A stretch of DNA of 64,000 nt from Ignavibacteriales bacterium (lineage in GTDB: Bacteria; Bacteroidota; Ignavibacteria; UBA10030; UBA8401): the NCBI GenBank assembly GCA_037443785.1, contig JBBINR010000003.1, positions 11,950 to 75,949 on the forward strand. The letters run 5' to 3'. A model generated the notes under the pieces. It was given only the letters and a program-made list of their open reading frames with translations. It did no database searches and was not told the DNA's origin. The position numbers and the translations under genes are program-made. Every line of letters begins with the position of its first letter. Position 1 is the first letter of the stretch. Positions 29,118 to 39,945 of the stretch are shown here, piece after piece.

Positions 29118-29858
29118 ATGAAAACTTCGTCAATTATACTGTCAATTGTCATTATAATTTATTCTTCAACAAAACTTTTCGGGCAAGAACAAACGTCGAA
29201 TCTGGAGATTTCACATTTGACCGGGGATTTTTACGTTTACACCACATATAAGGAATACGGAGGAAAACTATTTCCCTCCAACAGTATGTATGTTGTCACC
29301 GATAAAGGTGTGGTATTGTTCGATACGCCATGGGATTCGACAGAATTTCAACCACTGCTCGACAGTCTTCTATTAAAACACAATAAAAAAGTTGTGCTGC
29401 TGATCGCAACGCATTATCATGACGACAGAACTGCCGGAATTAATTTTTTCAAACGAAGGGGCGCTGCAACCTATACTTCCAAGCAGACGTTTGATTTGTG
29501 TAAGATGTACAACAAACAGCCATCGGACTATTATTTTACAAAAGACACAACATTCGTCATCGGCAATCATACCTTCCAAACTTACTACCCCGGCGAAGGA
29601 CATACAAAAGACAACATTGTCATTTGGTGTGATGATGAAAAAATTCTTTACGGCGGGTGTTTGGTGAAAAGTACGGAGAACTTTTCACTCGGCAATATCG
29701 AAGATGCTAATCTTTCACAATGGCCGTTAACGATACGAAATGTACTCGATCGTTTTTCGCACCCGAAGTATGTAATTCCCGGCCACTTTAACTGGGGCAG
29801 TAACAAAAGTCTTGAACACACACTGCAGCTTTTACAAGAGAACGAGAAGAAAAAATAA
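29118..29858 (+). CDS. Subclass B1-like metallo-beta-lactamase (secreted)
   Basis: Signal peptide; HYHDD (HxHxD), GGCLVKS and PGHFNWG are equivalent to B1 zinc-ligand motifs. Confidence 0.7.
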   Translation: MKTSSIILSIVIIIYSSTKLFGQEQTSNLEISHLTGDFYVYTTYKEYGGKLFPSNSMYVVTDKGVVLFDTPWDSTEFQPLLDSLLLKHNKKVVLLIATHYHDDRTAGINFFKRRGAATYTSKQTFDLCKMYNKQPSDYYFTKDTTFVIGNHTFQTYYPGEGHTKDNIVIWCDDEKILYGGCLVKSTENFSLGNIEDANLSQWPLTIRNVLDRFSHPKYVIPGHFNWGSNKSLEHTLQLLQENEKKK

Positions 29859-29915
29859 TTACTAGTCTGAGAACGGTGATAACTTCTCTGTTGCTATTAA
29901 TCCTTTGTTCCTATT

Positions 29916-30392
29916 ATGGTAAGAATACTTAGAACCAACTCAGACAATATTAGTTTTCGCGGGTTGGTCGCTCTTCTTGATGCAGACCTTGCGCAAAGGG
30001 ATGGTGATGACCATCCCTTCTATGCCCAGTACAACAAGATCGATAAGATCAAACATGCTGTCGTTGCGTATGTTAATGAAAAACCCGCCGGCTGCGGAGC
30101 GATAAAAGAATATGAAAAAGATACTGCTGAAGTAAAACGAATGTTTGTCTGCGCAGACCATCGCAGAAAAGGAATCGCACGGCGTATCCTATCGGAATTA
30201 GAGCAATGGGCTGAAGAACTTCATTATTCTTGCTGTATCTTAGAAACTGGAAAAAAGCAGCCGGAAGCAATCGCGTTGTATCAAAATTCAGGATATACAC
30301 TTATACCTAACTATGGGCAATATGCAAATATTGATAACAGCATTTGTATGAAAAAGGTTATCACCACAAGACAAAAAAGGAGAATCGTATGA
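29916..30392 (+). CDS. GNAT family N-acetyltransferase
   Basis: Acetyl-CoA-binding motif RRKGIARRIL; 158 aa. Confidence 0.8.
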   Translation: MVRILRTNSDNISFRGLVALLDADLAQRDGDDHPFYAQYNKIDKIKHAVVAYVNEKPAGCGAIKEYEKDTAEVKRMFVCADHRRKGIARRILSELEQWAEELHYSCCILETGKKQPEAIALYQNSGYTLIPNYGQYANIDNSICMKKVITTRQKRRIV

Positions 30393-30946
30393 GTTTCCTT
30401 CGCGTTCCGGTATTCAAATATAAAGGTCTCTTCGTTTGTTTTTGTATTATGACTTTACTTGCAGCTAATCACCTTTTCGGACAAAGCTCGTTGAAAAATG
30501 TACGATGGCAAGGTTGGCAATTTTTGCTCGGCGAATGGGTCGGTGAAGGTGGGGGCGAACCGGGACAAGGTATTGGTTCGTTTTCATTTAAAGAAGATCT
30601 TCAGGGTACAGTCATTGTTAGAAAAAATTATTCTGACTATCCCGCGACAAAAGATCGTCCCGCGTTTTCACACGACGATCTCATGATCATTAATCAAGAA
30701 ACCGGCAAGCAAACAACGGCAATGTATTTCGATAATGAAGGACATGTGATTCATTATACGGTTGAGTTCTCCAAAGATTCAAACTCAGTTATCTTCATCA
30801 GTGGAATCAATACTAATGCGCCTCGATTTCGTTTGACGTACGAGAAAAAAGCTGAAGGTCAAATCAAAATAAAATTTGCGATCGCACCCCCAGGAAAACC
30901 GGAAGAATTCAAGCAATACATCGAAGCTTCTGCGCGCAGAAAATAA
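30389..30946 (+). CDS. Secreted hypothetical protein (DUF1579-like?)
   Basis: Signal peptide ...HLFGQ; LLGEWVGEG motif. Confidence 0.45.
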   Translation: MSFLRVPVFKYKGLFVCFCIMTLLAANHLFGQSSLKNVRWQGWQFLLGEWVGEGGGEPGQGIGSFSFKEDLQGTVIVRKNYSDYPATKDRPAFSHDDLMIINQETGKQTTAMYFDNEGHVIHYTVEFSKDSNSVIFISGINTNAPRFRLTYEKKAEGQIKIKFAIAPPGKPEEFKQYIEASARRK

Positions 30947-31083
30947 TTATTCATGAAGTAGTGCCGATTGTGCATTGAATATAAGGTTAAATGAATCGTA
31001 CATTACAATATGATTTATTCCCTTCATTCTTTTATCTATTCATGATTTTCCACTAAACTTCTTTTTTCATCAATCAAGAGGGG

Positions 31084-31794
31084 GTGCGCATGAATGCAGA
31101 TTCATCTTCCGACTCTTCCCTAGACCTTTCATTATTACGGCGAACGTTGTTTATTCGAGGGGGCAGTCTCGTGCTTGCAGCAGGCATCATTTTATTTTTG
31201 CCGGCAGGGACATTTAATTATATCGAAGCGTGGATATGGATTGCGATGTGGCTTATTCCGGCGGTATTTGTTGTTCGTCATTTTTGGAAGAACGATCCCG
31301 ATTTTTTAGCACACAGGATGAAGGTTAAGGAAAAAGAGAAAGAACAACGCTACATCCAGCAATATGGTGCTTTAATTTTTATTGCTGGTTTTTTAATTCC
31401 TGGATTTGATAAACGATATGGATGGTCATCCGTTCCTTTTGAAATTGTTATCGTCTCCGATATAATCGTTTGTCTTGCGTACATGATGGTCGTTCGCGTC
31501 TTCATAGAAAATCGGTACGCTTCTCATGTTGTTGAAGTGCAAAAGGATCAAAAGGTTATTTCCACCGGACCATATTCGATTGTGCGCCATCCGATGTACG
31601 TTGGTTCAATGGTAATGTTTCTTTTCAGCCCGTTAGCGTTGGGATCGTACTGGGCGCTGATCTTTTCGCTATTATATTCGATAATGATTATTGCAAGAAT
31701 TATTGGCGAAGAAAAGGTGCTCTTGAAAGAACTCAATGGATATGAGGAATATACTCACAAGGTAAGGTTTCGATTAATTCCCGGGATATGGTAA
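31084..31794 (+). CDS. Membrane methyltransferase, ICMT/PEMT family
   Basis: VRHPMYVGSMVMF motif; multiple TM helices. Confidence 0.65.
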   Translation: MRMNADSSSDSSLDLSLLRRTLFIRGGSLVLAAGIILFLPAGTFNYIEAWIWIAMWLIPAVFVVRHFWKNDPDFLAHRMKVKEKEKEQRYIQQYGALIFIAGFLIPGFDKRYGWSSVPFEIVIVSDIIVCLAYMMVVRVFIENRYASHVVEVQKDQKVISTGPYSIVRHPMYVGSMVMFLFSPLALGSYWALIFSLLYSIMIIARIIGEEKVLLKELNGYEEYTHKVRFRLIPGIW

Positions 31795-31844
31795 ATAAAT
31801 AATTTCGGGAAAAAATCGATGTTCCATCAACGAGGAAGCCGGAA

Positions 31845-32654
31845 TTATTTTTTCTCCGCGGCGACCAATAACCCCGTTCCCGTTTTATTGTCTGAAACAT
31901 AATCAATCCACATTAATATCAATGCAAACCATAACGTGAGAATGTAATAGAAGGGAAGAAGAAGAAAGAAAACTTTGCTCTTGTTGAGCATCAGCATCGG
32001 ATATTTAATTGCGAACCGCCACGAAATACTTCCGATTGGACCATACGTGTATCGCACGGAAACAGAATTAAATCCCGCCGATTTTAATTTTTCTGTTATC
32101 TCATCAGCACCGTACCCGTTGCGCGCATGCTCACCGATAAAACTCTCGTCACTATCGGAATCCGCATCCGATCCGCCAAGGTTCGATGGTGTATTGATGA
32201 GAACTGTTCCTGTGCTCTTTAATGCCGCATAAAAATTTTTGAACACCTGCACATCGTTTTCAATATGTTCCATTACATCGACCGATAAGATAAAATCGAA
32301 TTTGTTTGTGTGCGTTGGAACGGTAAGATCTTCAACGCCAAAATTCACATTTGTAATACCGACCTTTGTGAAGAACTCTTTGCAGTCGGCAATATAATCT
32401 TCTTTAACATCGATGGCATGGATCGATGCATTTGGAAAATTCTTTGCGATAAAATATGAATACTGCCCGAACCCGCTTCCCGCATCAAATAATTCGAATT
32501 TTTCCTTCTTCGATGAAAGCAATTGACGGAGTGCGCGCTTGACATGCCATGTGCGAAGGAACATCATTCCAAGCACAAAATAAAATATCTTCCGAAATAT
32601 TGGTTTTTTTTTTGCAACGTTGCCAATAACATCTTTGATAGGATCGTAATGCAT
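31845..32654 (-). CDS. Class I SAM-dependent methyltransferase with C-terminal TM segment
   Basis: Motif I LFDAGSGFGQY; DVKEDYI. Confidence 0.7.
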   Translation of the reverse strand: MHYDPIKDVIGNVAKKKPIFRKIFYFVLGMMFLRTWHVKRALRQLLSSKKEKFELFDAGSGFGQYSYFIAKNFPNASIHAIDVKEDYIADCKEFFTKVGITNVNFGVEDLTVPTHTNKFDFILSVDVMEHIENDVQVFKNFYAALKSTGTVLINTPSNLGGSDADSDSDESFIGEHARNGYGADEITEKLKSAGFNSVSVRYTYGPIGSISWRFAIKYPMLMLNKSKVFFLLLPFYYILTLWFALILMWIDYVSDNKTGTGLLVAAEKK

Positions 32655-32660
32655 AGCGTT

Positions 32661-33788
32661 CTATTGTTGTGTTGAGACAATTTTTTGAATATGTGAGAAC
32701 ATGAATTCCGGCGTGAGCGAATTCATGCAGTTCGGTTGAAAATCGCACCGCATTTTGTAACAGCAGAGGCAATCAAGATCGGCATGAATTTTTGTGATTT
32801 GTCCGTTATATGATTCAATTTCTGCAACCGATGTCGGTCCGAAATAGGCGATAACTTTTTTCTCCAATGCTGTTGCCGCATGTAGTGCCAGCGTATCGCC
32901 GGTAACGAATACATCGCACAATGTGATGAGACTGAAAAATTCGCGTAGAGAATTATTTGTTCCCATATTAATCACACGTGCAGGGTTGATTGCCGCAAGT
33001 TTTGTGTTTCGTTCTTCTTCAAACGGCCCGCCGTACAACAAAACGATGTAGTTCGTTTTTTCCAAAATCATTGTGATAAGTGCAACAAATCCATCGAACG
33101 TCCATTGTTTGTACTGCCAACGGTCGCTTGCACCGGTATTCAATCCGATTTTTTTTACGGAAGGATTAAATTGATGCGATGCGGCAAATGATGCAGCAAT
33201 TTTTTTTTCAGCGTCGGACAACGTGATAACGATATCTTTTTTTGTTGTAGAAATTTTTGCCAGCGCAAGCATGTGGTCTTGATACGTTCGCGTGTTATTT
33301 TTCTTTGCATCATCGAACGCGCCCATCTCAAACCATTGCTCTGCTTCTTTGTTGAACGGATAAACATTTCCCTTCTTGTCCACACCGAAGCCAAGTTTTG
33401 TTGTTCCACTTGCTTTCGTTGCCAGCACTGCGCTGGAAAACGCCGCATCAAAATTATAAACAATATCAAAATGTTCAACATCGACAACACATTGTGCTTC
33501 AGTTGACTCGTAAATAATCACGCGATCAACTGACGCGTTGTTGTTAAAAATTGGCTGCGCTGCTTTTCGAGTGATCCATGTTATTTCGGAAGAAGGGTAT
33601 TGCTCTTTGATCCCGTGCAGCACCGCAGTGGTTCGAAGAACATCGCCTGTTGCATCAAGCTTAACAATAAGAATACGAATTGCCGCAACTTCATAATGCG
33701 GACACGAATCGCACTTCACGCCTTCTGTTTTATGAAATTTACAGGGGCGGTCACCAAAAAAATATTTGCAATCGTATTTAAGAATCAT
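32661..33788 (-). CDS. Glycosyltransferase family 9 (heptosyltransferase-like) with Cys-rich termini
   Basis: ILIVKLDATGDVL GT9 signature; N-terminal CKYFFGDRPCKF..CDSCPH and C-terminal CLCCYKMRCDFQPNC clusters. Confidence 0.7.
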   Translation of the reverse strand: MILKYDCKYFFGDRPCKFHKTEGVKCDSCPHYEVAAIRILIVKLDATGDVLRTTAVLHGIKEQYPSSEITWITRKAAQPIFNNNASVDRVIIYESTEAQCVVDVEHFDIVYNFDAAFSSAVLATKASGTTKLGFGVDKKGNVYPFNKEAEQWFEMGAFDDAKKNNTRTYQDHMLALAKISTTKKDIVITLSDAEKKIAASFAASHQFNPSVKKIGLNTGASDRWQYKQWTFDGFVALITMILEKTNYIVLLYGGPFEEERNTKLAAINPARVINMGTNNSLREFFSLITLCDVFVTGDTLALHAATALEKKVIAYFGPTSVAEIESYNGQITKIHADLDCLCCYKMRCDFQPNCMNSLTPEFMFSHIQKIVSTQQ

Positions 33789-33802
33789 GGTATCGAGGAA
33801 AA

Positions 33803-34954
33803 TTATTTTCTGGATGAATGCGGTAACGCTGTGATTTCATCAAAAATATCGGCGATGGTGTTGAAGCTGTTAGCGTCACGCCGTTGTTGAATCTCCGCCG
33901 AAAATCCAGCTTCTTTGTTCTCGTTAAAATATTTGACGATGGTTTCAGCAAGTGCGGCAACATTTCGCGACGGCACCACAAAACCGGTAACGTTATCAAT
34001 GACAAGTTCCGCCAATCCGCCGACATTTGTAACGATTGCCGGAGTTGCAAATGATTGTGCTATGCTTAAAATTCCGCTCTGTGTCGCTTCATTATATGGC
34101 AGCACGACAACGTTCGATGTCGTAAAGTATTTGTGGACATCTTCGTTAGCGACATACTCAGCAACAACAGTAACATCATTACGAATGTCAAGCCGATCAA
34201 TTGCATCGTAATATTCTTTAGGATTGCCATAAAACTCACCGACGATAAGCAGATGAGCATTCGAAATATTTTTTTTGACAATCGGAAATGCCTCGAGGAG
34301 ATTCATCAATCCTTTGTATTCACGAATGTATCCGAAAAATAATACGACATTTTTTCCATCCAACTTTAAACGCTTTTTCGCTTCATCGTGGTTCACCAAT
34401 TCGTTTGATTGATAACAATCATACACAGGAAGTGTTGAACGAAACAGCGGAACAGCGGGATAAAATTTCTTTACGGTATCTTCAACAACTTTTGAAAGAA
34501 CAAGGAATCGATCGGCTGTATTTAGCGCAAGTTTTGTCAGAAAAAGATCGATCCATCGTCCTTCGTGGGAGATAACATTTTCTGCAACAATCACAATCGA
34601 AACGCCGATTTTCTTTTTAATCGACGATGCAACAGTTCGCACCAGCGGGCCAAAAAATGGATTCCACCATGTAAAGACCACAAGATCAGGTTTTTGTTGA
34701 ACGATGTATCGTGCAGTTGAAAACCACGTTAACGGATTAACGCTGTCGAGAATGTGTTTTGCAGGATGTTTTTTCATCGGTGTGCCGCTGATATCGTTTT
34801 GGCGGACACCGGGAAAAAGAAGCGAAGGATACAATCGTGAAAACGAAACCACTTCAACAGAATGTTTTTTGTTAAGTGCCTCGTACAGATGTGCTACAAA
34901 CAATGCGTTGCCGCCGCGAAGTGGGTATGCAGGACCAATAAGAATAATGTTCAT
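33803..34954 (-). CDS. Glycosyltransferase family 4
   Basis: GT-B fold signatures and EX7E-type region. Confidence 0.75.
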   Translation of the reverse strand: MNIILIGPAYPLRGGNALFVAHLYEALNKKHSVEVVSFSRLYPSLLFPGVRQNDISGTPMKKHPAKHILDSVNPLTWFSTARYIVQQKPDLVVFTWWNPFFGPLVRTVASSIKKKIGVSIVIVAENVISHEGRWIDLFLTKLALNTADRFLVLSKVVEDTVKKFYPAVPLFRSTLPVYDCYQSNELVNHDEAKKRLKLDGKNVVLFFGYIREYKGLMNLLEAFPIVKKNISNAHLLIVGEFYGNPKEYYDAIDRLDIRNDVTVVAEYVANEDVHKYFTTSNVVVLPYNEATQSGILSIAQSFATPAIVTNVGGLAELVIDNVTGFVVPSRNVAALAETIVKYFNENKEAGFSAEIQQRRDANSFNTIADIFDEITALPHSSRK

Positions 34955-34959
34955 TACGC

Positions 34960-36150
34960 TTAATTGATTTCTTCGCGGATGGAATATTCACGTTCGATCT
35001 GGCGGTTTCGAGTGGTCAGCTCTGCAATCAATCCCATCGAAATGAATTGAACACCGACAATGATCATGATTAAACTGACGAGAAACAACGGGCGATTGCT
35101 TAACGGTTCGCCATTTACAAATTTTTCATATGTCAGCCATGCACCGGTGATAATTCCTATCAATGCCGAAAAAATTCCCCAGCCGCCAAACAAATGCAGC
35201 GGGCGAGTAATATAACGCGTGGTGAACACGACCGTAACGAGATCTAAAAATCCGCGGGTAAAGCGGGCCATGCCGAATTTTGTTTTTCCGAATCGCCGCG
35301 GACGATGATTGACCACCGTCTCGCCGACTTTAAATCCAAGCCAGCTTGCAAGCGCGGGAATATACCGATGCAATTCTCCGTACACATGAACGCTTTTTAC
35401 AACTTCATTTTTATATCCCTTCAATCCGCAGTTAAAGTCATGAATCTTTACGCCGGTAACTTTTCCTGTGACAAAATTGAAAAACTTCGAGGGAAGAGTT
35501 TTAGAAATCGGATCGCGGCGTTTTTTCTTCCAACCGGAAACGACATCCAATCCGTTTTTCATTTCGCGGATTAAGTTTGGAATTTCTGCCGGATCATCTT
35601 GCAAATCGGCATCCATCGTAATAACAAATTCGCCCTGTGCTTTTTGGAAGCCAACTGCAAGAGCGGCGCTCTTTCCGTAATTTCTTCTGAAGCGAATTGC
35701 CTTCACACGATTATTCCGCTGACGAAGTTCGCGCAGCACATTAAATGATCGATCGGTTGAACCATCATCAATAAAGATGAGTTCATAATTGCCGCCGACT
35801 TTGTTCAACGCATTTTTTAATTGCTCATGAAGTTCGCGCAATGATTCTTCTTCATTTAGAAGCGGAATGATAACAGAAACATACGGACGATTTCGATGCT
35901 GCGGCTGTTTCGGTTGCGGCCTTTGCTGCGGCGCATGATGCTCGTGCGGCTTGTGCTGTTTTGGTTCAGCTTCTTCGCCGACAATTGCCGATGGTAATTC
36001 TGGTTGTTGTTCTAATGACGGAAATTCAGAGTCCGGATTTGTCTTTTTTTGAGGCCGAGGGAATTTTCCCTTAAAGTTTCTTCTGCGGAATGGATTTTCC
36101 CGTCTCTGCTCTCTGGGTTCATTTTGCTGATCGTGTGTTTCTTCTGCCAT
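34960..36150 (-). CDS. Glycosyltransferase family 2 (DPM1/ArnC-like) with about 90-aa low-complexity N-terminal extension
   Basis: VSVIIPLLNEEESL, FIDDGSTDRS, MDADLQDDP; C-terminal TM helices; N-terminal P/Q/H/R-rich tail. Confidence 0.8.
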   Translation of the reverse strand: MAEETHDQQNEPREQRRENPFRRRNFKGKFPRPQKKTNPDSEFPSLEQQPELPSAIVGEEAEPKQHKPHEHHAPQQRPQPKQPQHRNRPYVSVIIPLLNEEESLRELHEQLKNALNKVGGNYELIFIDDGSTDRSFNVLRELRQRNNRVKAIRFRRNYGKSAALAVGFQKAQGEFVITMDADLQDDPAEIPNLIREMKNGLDVVSGWKKKRRDPISKTLPSKFFNFVTGKVTGVKIHDFNCGLKGYKNEVVKSVHVYGELHRYIPALASWLGFKVGETVVNHRPRRFGKTKFGMARFTRGFLDLVTVVFTTRYITRPLHLFGGWGIFSALIGIITGAWLTYEKFVNGEPLSNRPLFLVSLIMIIVGVQFISMGLIAELTTRNRQIEREYSIREEIN

Positions 36151-36295
36151 AAATTGCGGGTTTCGTTAAGACAGGAACTTATCGTGATTTCGGTGATAAA
36201 TACTTCCTCATCTTCTAAATTTAGGAACAAAGTAGCACAAATAGGGGTGAAATGCAATGAAGAGGATTATAGAATGATTTTTTGCAGAATAAAAT

Positions 36296-36332
36296 TAAAA
36301 ACCCCATCCCGAAAAAATCGGAATGGGGTTAC
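36296..36332 (-). terminator. Rho-independent terminator of the cold-shock gene
   Basis: Minus-strand stem AACCCCATTCCG/CGGGATGGGGTT followed by a U-run. Confidence 0.6.
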
Positions 36333-36356
36333 GATGTTTCGAATAAACGTTACTGT

Positions 36357-36557
36357 TTAGATAACGGTAACGTTTGCAGCTTGAAGTCCTTTTGGACCGG
36401 TCTGCACTTCGAATTCAACTTTGTCACCTTCGTTCAGGTTTTTATAACCTTCGCTGGTAATAGCTTTGTAATGTACGAATACATCTTCGCCATTTGCGCG
36501 TGAAATAAAACCGAAACCTTTAGCTCCGTTGAACCATTTGACTGTTCCTTTTTCCAT
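36357..36557 (-). CDS. Cold-shock protein (CspA family)
   Basis: [18 protein letters not shown]1 motif; a long upstream untranslated region, about 200 bp. Confidence 0.9.
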   Translation of the reverse strand: MEKGTVKWFNGAKGFGFISRANGEDVFVHYKAITSEGYKNLNEGDKVEFEVQTGPKGLQAANVTVI

Positions 36558-36908
36558 GGAACACATCCTTTCAATATTGTCCGGCAAAACCTCCGGACGC
36601 GGTGTACTCCGAGAAAATCCGTCTGTACTACCTGATGGTGTGTTCTAAAAAAGAAACAAAACGATCCATCGAAAACAGGTAACAAAAGCGGCTCTTGCAA
36701 CTCTACTGAGCGGAAAAACTCCCAACTGTTGGGAGGTAACACGGTGTACGATTAACAGTATAAAGATACCACAACTAACCATCACTTCCTACACAATTAA
36801 TGTGAATTAATAATCCATTTCCTTATGTATCTTCTTTATGAAATTTTGGCAAAAAACGTTACATTTCACTAATCCAATAACAAATTATTTCATTTTTTAA
36901 GAACAATC

Positions 36909-38585
36909 ATGGACAACGAACGAAGTAAAATTATCACCGAAGGAATTAACCGCACTCCGAACCGTGCAATGTTGCGTGCAATGGGATATCAGGATGGCGA
37001 TTTTGCAAAACCGATCATCGGTGTGGCAAACGGATATTCCACCATTACTCCTTGTAATATGGGATTGAATATCTTAACCACGGCAGCGGAAAAAGGAATT
37101 AAAGAAAAAGGCGGAATGCCGCAAACATTTGGAACCATTACTGCGAGCGATGGTATTGCCATGGGAACAGAAGGAATGAAATTCTCTCTTGTTTCGCGGG
37201 AAGTGATTGCTGATTCCATTGAAACTGCGTGTAATGGGCAGTGTATGGACGCCGTTATTGCTATCGGCGGATGCGATAAAAATATGCCGGGCGGAATGAT
37301 TGCGATGATGCGCATGAACATTCCTGCTCTCTATGTATATGGCGGAACGATTAAACCGGGACATCATCCGAAAGATGGAAGAGATTTGAATCTTGTCAGT
37401 GCATTTGAAGCAGTGGGAGAATACAGTGTCGGAAAAATTACGGAAGCGGAATTGAAAGAAGTCGAATGTTTTGCTTGCCCCGGTGCCGGCTCCTGCGGCG
37501 GAATGTACACGGCAAACACAATGTCATCCGCATTTGAAGCACTCGGAATGAGCCTTCCCCACTCGTCGACAATGGCGGCAGAAGATCAGGAAAAATCTGA
37601 CAGCGCGTACGAATCCGGAAAAGTATTGATGAATGCGTTAAAGAAAAAAATTCGCCCTCGGGATGTCGTAACACGAAAATCAATCGAAAATGCAATCACA
37701 GTTGTTAATGCGATCGGCGGATCGACGAATGCCGTCCTTCATTTCCTTGCGATCGCACATGCAGCAAATATTCCGTTTACCATCGACGATTTCGAAACAA
37801 TCCGCAAACGCGTTCCTGTCCTGTGCGATTTGAAACCGAGCGGAAAATATTTAACGGTAGATTTCCATAAAGCCGGCGGCGTTCCGCAGGTAATGAAAAT
37901 GTTGTTGGCAAACGGACTTCTTCACGGAGATTGTTTAACCGTTACCGGACAAACCATTGCGGAAGTATTAAAAAATATTCCTGCAGAACCGCGCGCAGAT
38001 CAGCAAGTGATTCGACCGTTCAATAAGCCGCTCTATAAAGAAGGGCATCTCATTATCTTAAAAGGAAATCTCGCCACCGAAGGCGCTGTTGCAAAAGTAA
38101 CCGGTGTAAAAAACCCTGTTATCACCGGACCGGCGCGTATATTTGAATCAGAAGAAGAAGCAATGACGGCAATTACCGGAAATAAAATTAAAGCAGGTGA
38201 TATTGTGGTAATCCGCTACGAAGGACCAAAGGGCGGACCGGGGATGCGCGAAATGTTGGCGCCCACTTCTGCTATTATCGGACAAGGGCTCGGCGATAAA
38301 GTCGGATTGATTACCGACGGAAGATTTTCCGGCGGAACCTACGGAATGGTTGTCGGTCACGTTGCACCCGAAGCGGCAGTCGGTGGAACAATTGCACTCA
38401 TTAAAGAGCACGATTCAATTACAATTGATGCAACAAAAAATCTTTTGCAGTTGAATATCGATGAAAAAGAAATTGCAAAGAGAAGATCTGAATGGAAACC
38501 GCGCCCGATGAAATATACACGCGGGGTAATGGCAAAGTACGCAAAATTGGTATCGACCAGTTCGCTTGGCGCAGTAACTGACTAA
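36909..38585 (+). CDS. ilvD: Dihydroxy-acid dehydratase
   Basis: [16 protein letters not shown] Fe-S motif; 558 aa. Confidence 0.95.
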   Translation: MDNERSKIITEGINRTPNRAMLRAMGYQDGDFAKPIIGVANGYSTITPCNMGLNILTTAAEKGIKEKGGMPQTFGTITASDGIAMGTEGMKFSLVSREVIADSIETACNGQCMDAVIAIGGCDKNMPGGMIAMMRMNIPALYVYGGTIKPGHHPKDGRDLNLVSAFEAVGEYSVGKITEAELKEVECFACPGAGSCGGMYTANTMSSAFEALGMSLPHSSTMAAEDQEKSDSAYESGKVLMNALKKKIRPRDVVTRKSIENAITVVNAIGGSTNAVLHFLAIAHAANIPFTIDDFETIRKRVPVLCDLKPSGKYLTVDFHKAGGVPQVMKMLLANGLLHGDCLTVTGQTIAEVLKNIPAEPRADQQVIRPFNKPLYKEGHLIILKGNLATEGAVAKVTGVKNPVITGPARIFESEEEAMTAITGNKIKAGDIVVIRYEGPKGGPGMREMLAPTSAIIGQGLGDKVGLITDGRFSGGTYGMVVGHVAPEAAVGGTIALIKEHDSITIDATKNLLQLNIDEKEIAKRRSEWKPRPMKYTRGVMAKYAKLVSTSSLGAVTD

Positions 38586-38608
38586 GGCGGTTGTCGTATT
38601 TACTCTGA

Positions 38609-39613
38609 TCAGGACGGAAAATATTCAATCGAATAATTTTTATGTTCTATGGGAGTAACGAATTCGCACGATTTTTTTTGAGTTCGTTGCTCCAATAGTG
38701 CAATATCTGCAAGCACTCTCTCTTCTTCTCCCCAATCACTCCAATACACATCGGTGATCGGAAGGACAGAAAGACAATCGATGCTGTGCTGGAGTACGGC
38801 ATCCGAAAAATTGATGTGTGGCATCGTTTCGAAAGCATCATTTATTATTTCTGTATCGTCGTCATTACCGATGGCGTATTTCAATGACTGCAGTGTGTAA
38901 TACAAATCGGGAGTGTGTGTACGGAACAATTTTAAAAACGTCGCTGCTTTCCCCACAAGCACCATTGTGTTGATCAAGCATCCTTCCGAGAAAAATTTTT
39001 GGAGCTTGCGATCGCTTGGTTTCTCGCAAAATTTTTTCACTGCAAAAATTTTTTCATCTCCGCGTCCGTATAATTTTTTTCCGGAATGAATCCATCCGTA
39101 CCCAGGCTGTGCTTTTTCGGGGAATATACCAAGAAGAACAATGCGCTCTTGTTCTTCTTCAGTGAACTCATAAGCGAATCGAACATGATCCATGAACCGT
39201 TGTTTTTCGATGACGAAATGATCGGAAGGAAATATTCCTACGGTAGCGTCCCGGTCGCATTCATAGATGTGCAAAAGAGGAAGAAGCATGCTCGGAGCTG
39301 TTTCACGATTGAATGGTGCTACCAGTACTGTTTCTGCATCTCTGTCGTGAATATCGTCGAGTGCATATTGATAGTGATTACCGCTGATGACAGAAAGAAG
39401 CTGCTTATCTTGGATAAGTAATTGCACTCTTTCAATGGTGTGCCGAAACAGCGATCGTGTTCCCCAAAAAGTGCAAAATTGTTTCGGATGTTTTTTCCCA
39501 AACTTTCGTTTGATGAAATCCTGCATTCTTTTTCCTTCACCACCGGCAAGAATGATTGCCCAGCGTTGGTCAGTCACATACGGTAATGAAGAAATATTAA
39601 GTTCGATTGCCAT
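38609..39613 (-). CDS. Sugar-phosphate nucleotidyltransferase (mannose-1-phosphate guanylyltransferase-like, no cupin domain)
   Basis: WAIILAGGEGKRM N-terminal motif. Confidence 0.6.
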   Translation of the reverse strand: MAIELNISSLPYVTDQRWAIILAGGEGKRMQDFIKRKFGKKHPKQFCTFWGTRSLFRHTIERVQLLIQDKQLLSVISGNHYQYALDDIHDRDAETVLVAPFNRETAPSMLLPLLHIYECDRDATVGIFPSDHFVIEKQRFMDHVRFAYEFTEEEQERIVLLGIFPEKAQPGYGWIHSGKKLYGRGDEKIFAVKKFCEKPSDRKLQKFFSEGCLINTMVLVGKAATFLKLFRTHTPDLYYTLQSLKYAIGNDDDTEIINDAFETMPHINFSDAVLQHSIDCLSVLPITDVYWSDWGEEERVLADIALLEQRTQKKSCEFVTPIEHKNYSIEYFPS

Positions 39614-39945
39614 TCCTGCCTCCGTAAATATTTCGGTGAAATATTTATTACAGAACAGAATGTTCGACTTTATGAATTAAAGACAAGGCTTCTGGAAAAA
39701 TGAGAAGGAACAGTAAATCAGAAAGAAACTTTCCTGTACAAACATATTAACGAGGAAAGGAACAGTCAACAAAAAAACTCTTTTTTTCACCGCTTTTTGA
39801 GTTCACAATTTGCATGCCACTTAAATACTTGTGTTTTGCTGGCAATAAGAAAAAAAGATTTTTTTATCTTGATAAGATAGAACCCTTGTTTAACTCCGTT
39901 GAGATATTTATCTTAACAGTATTATTTTAATACCTTTTTGAGCGA

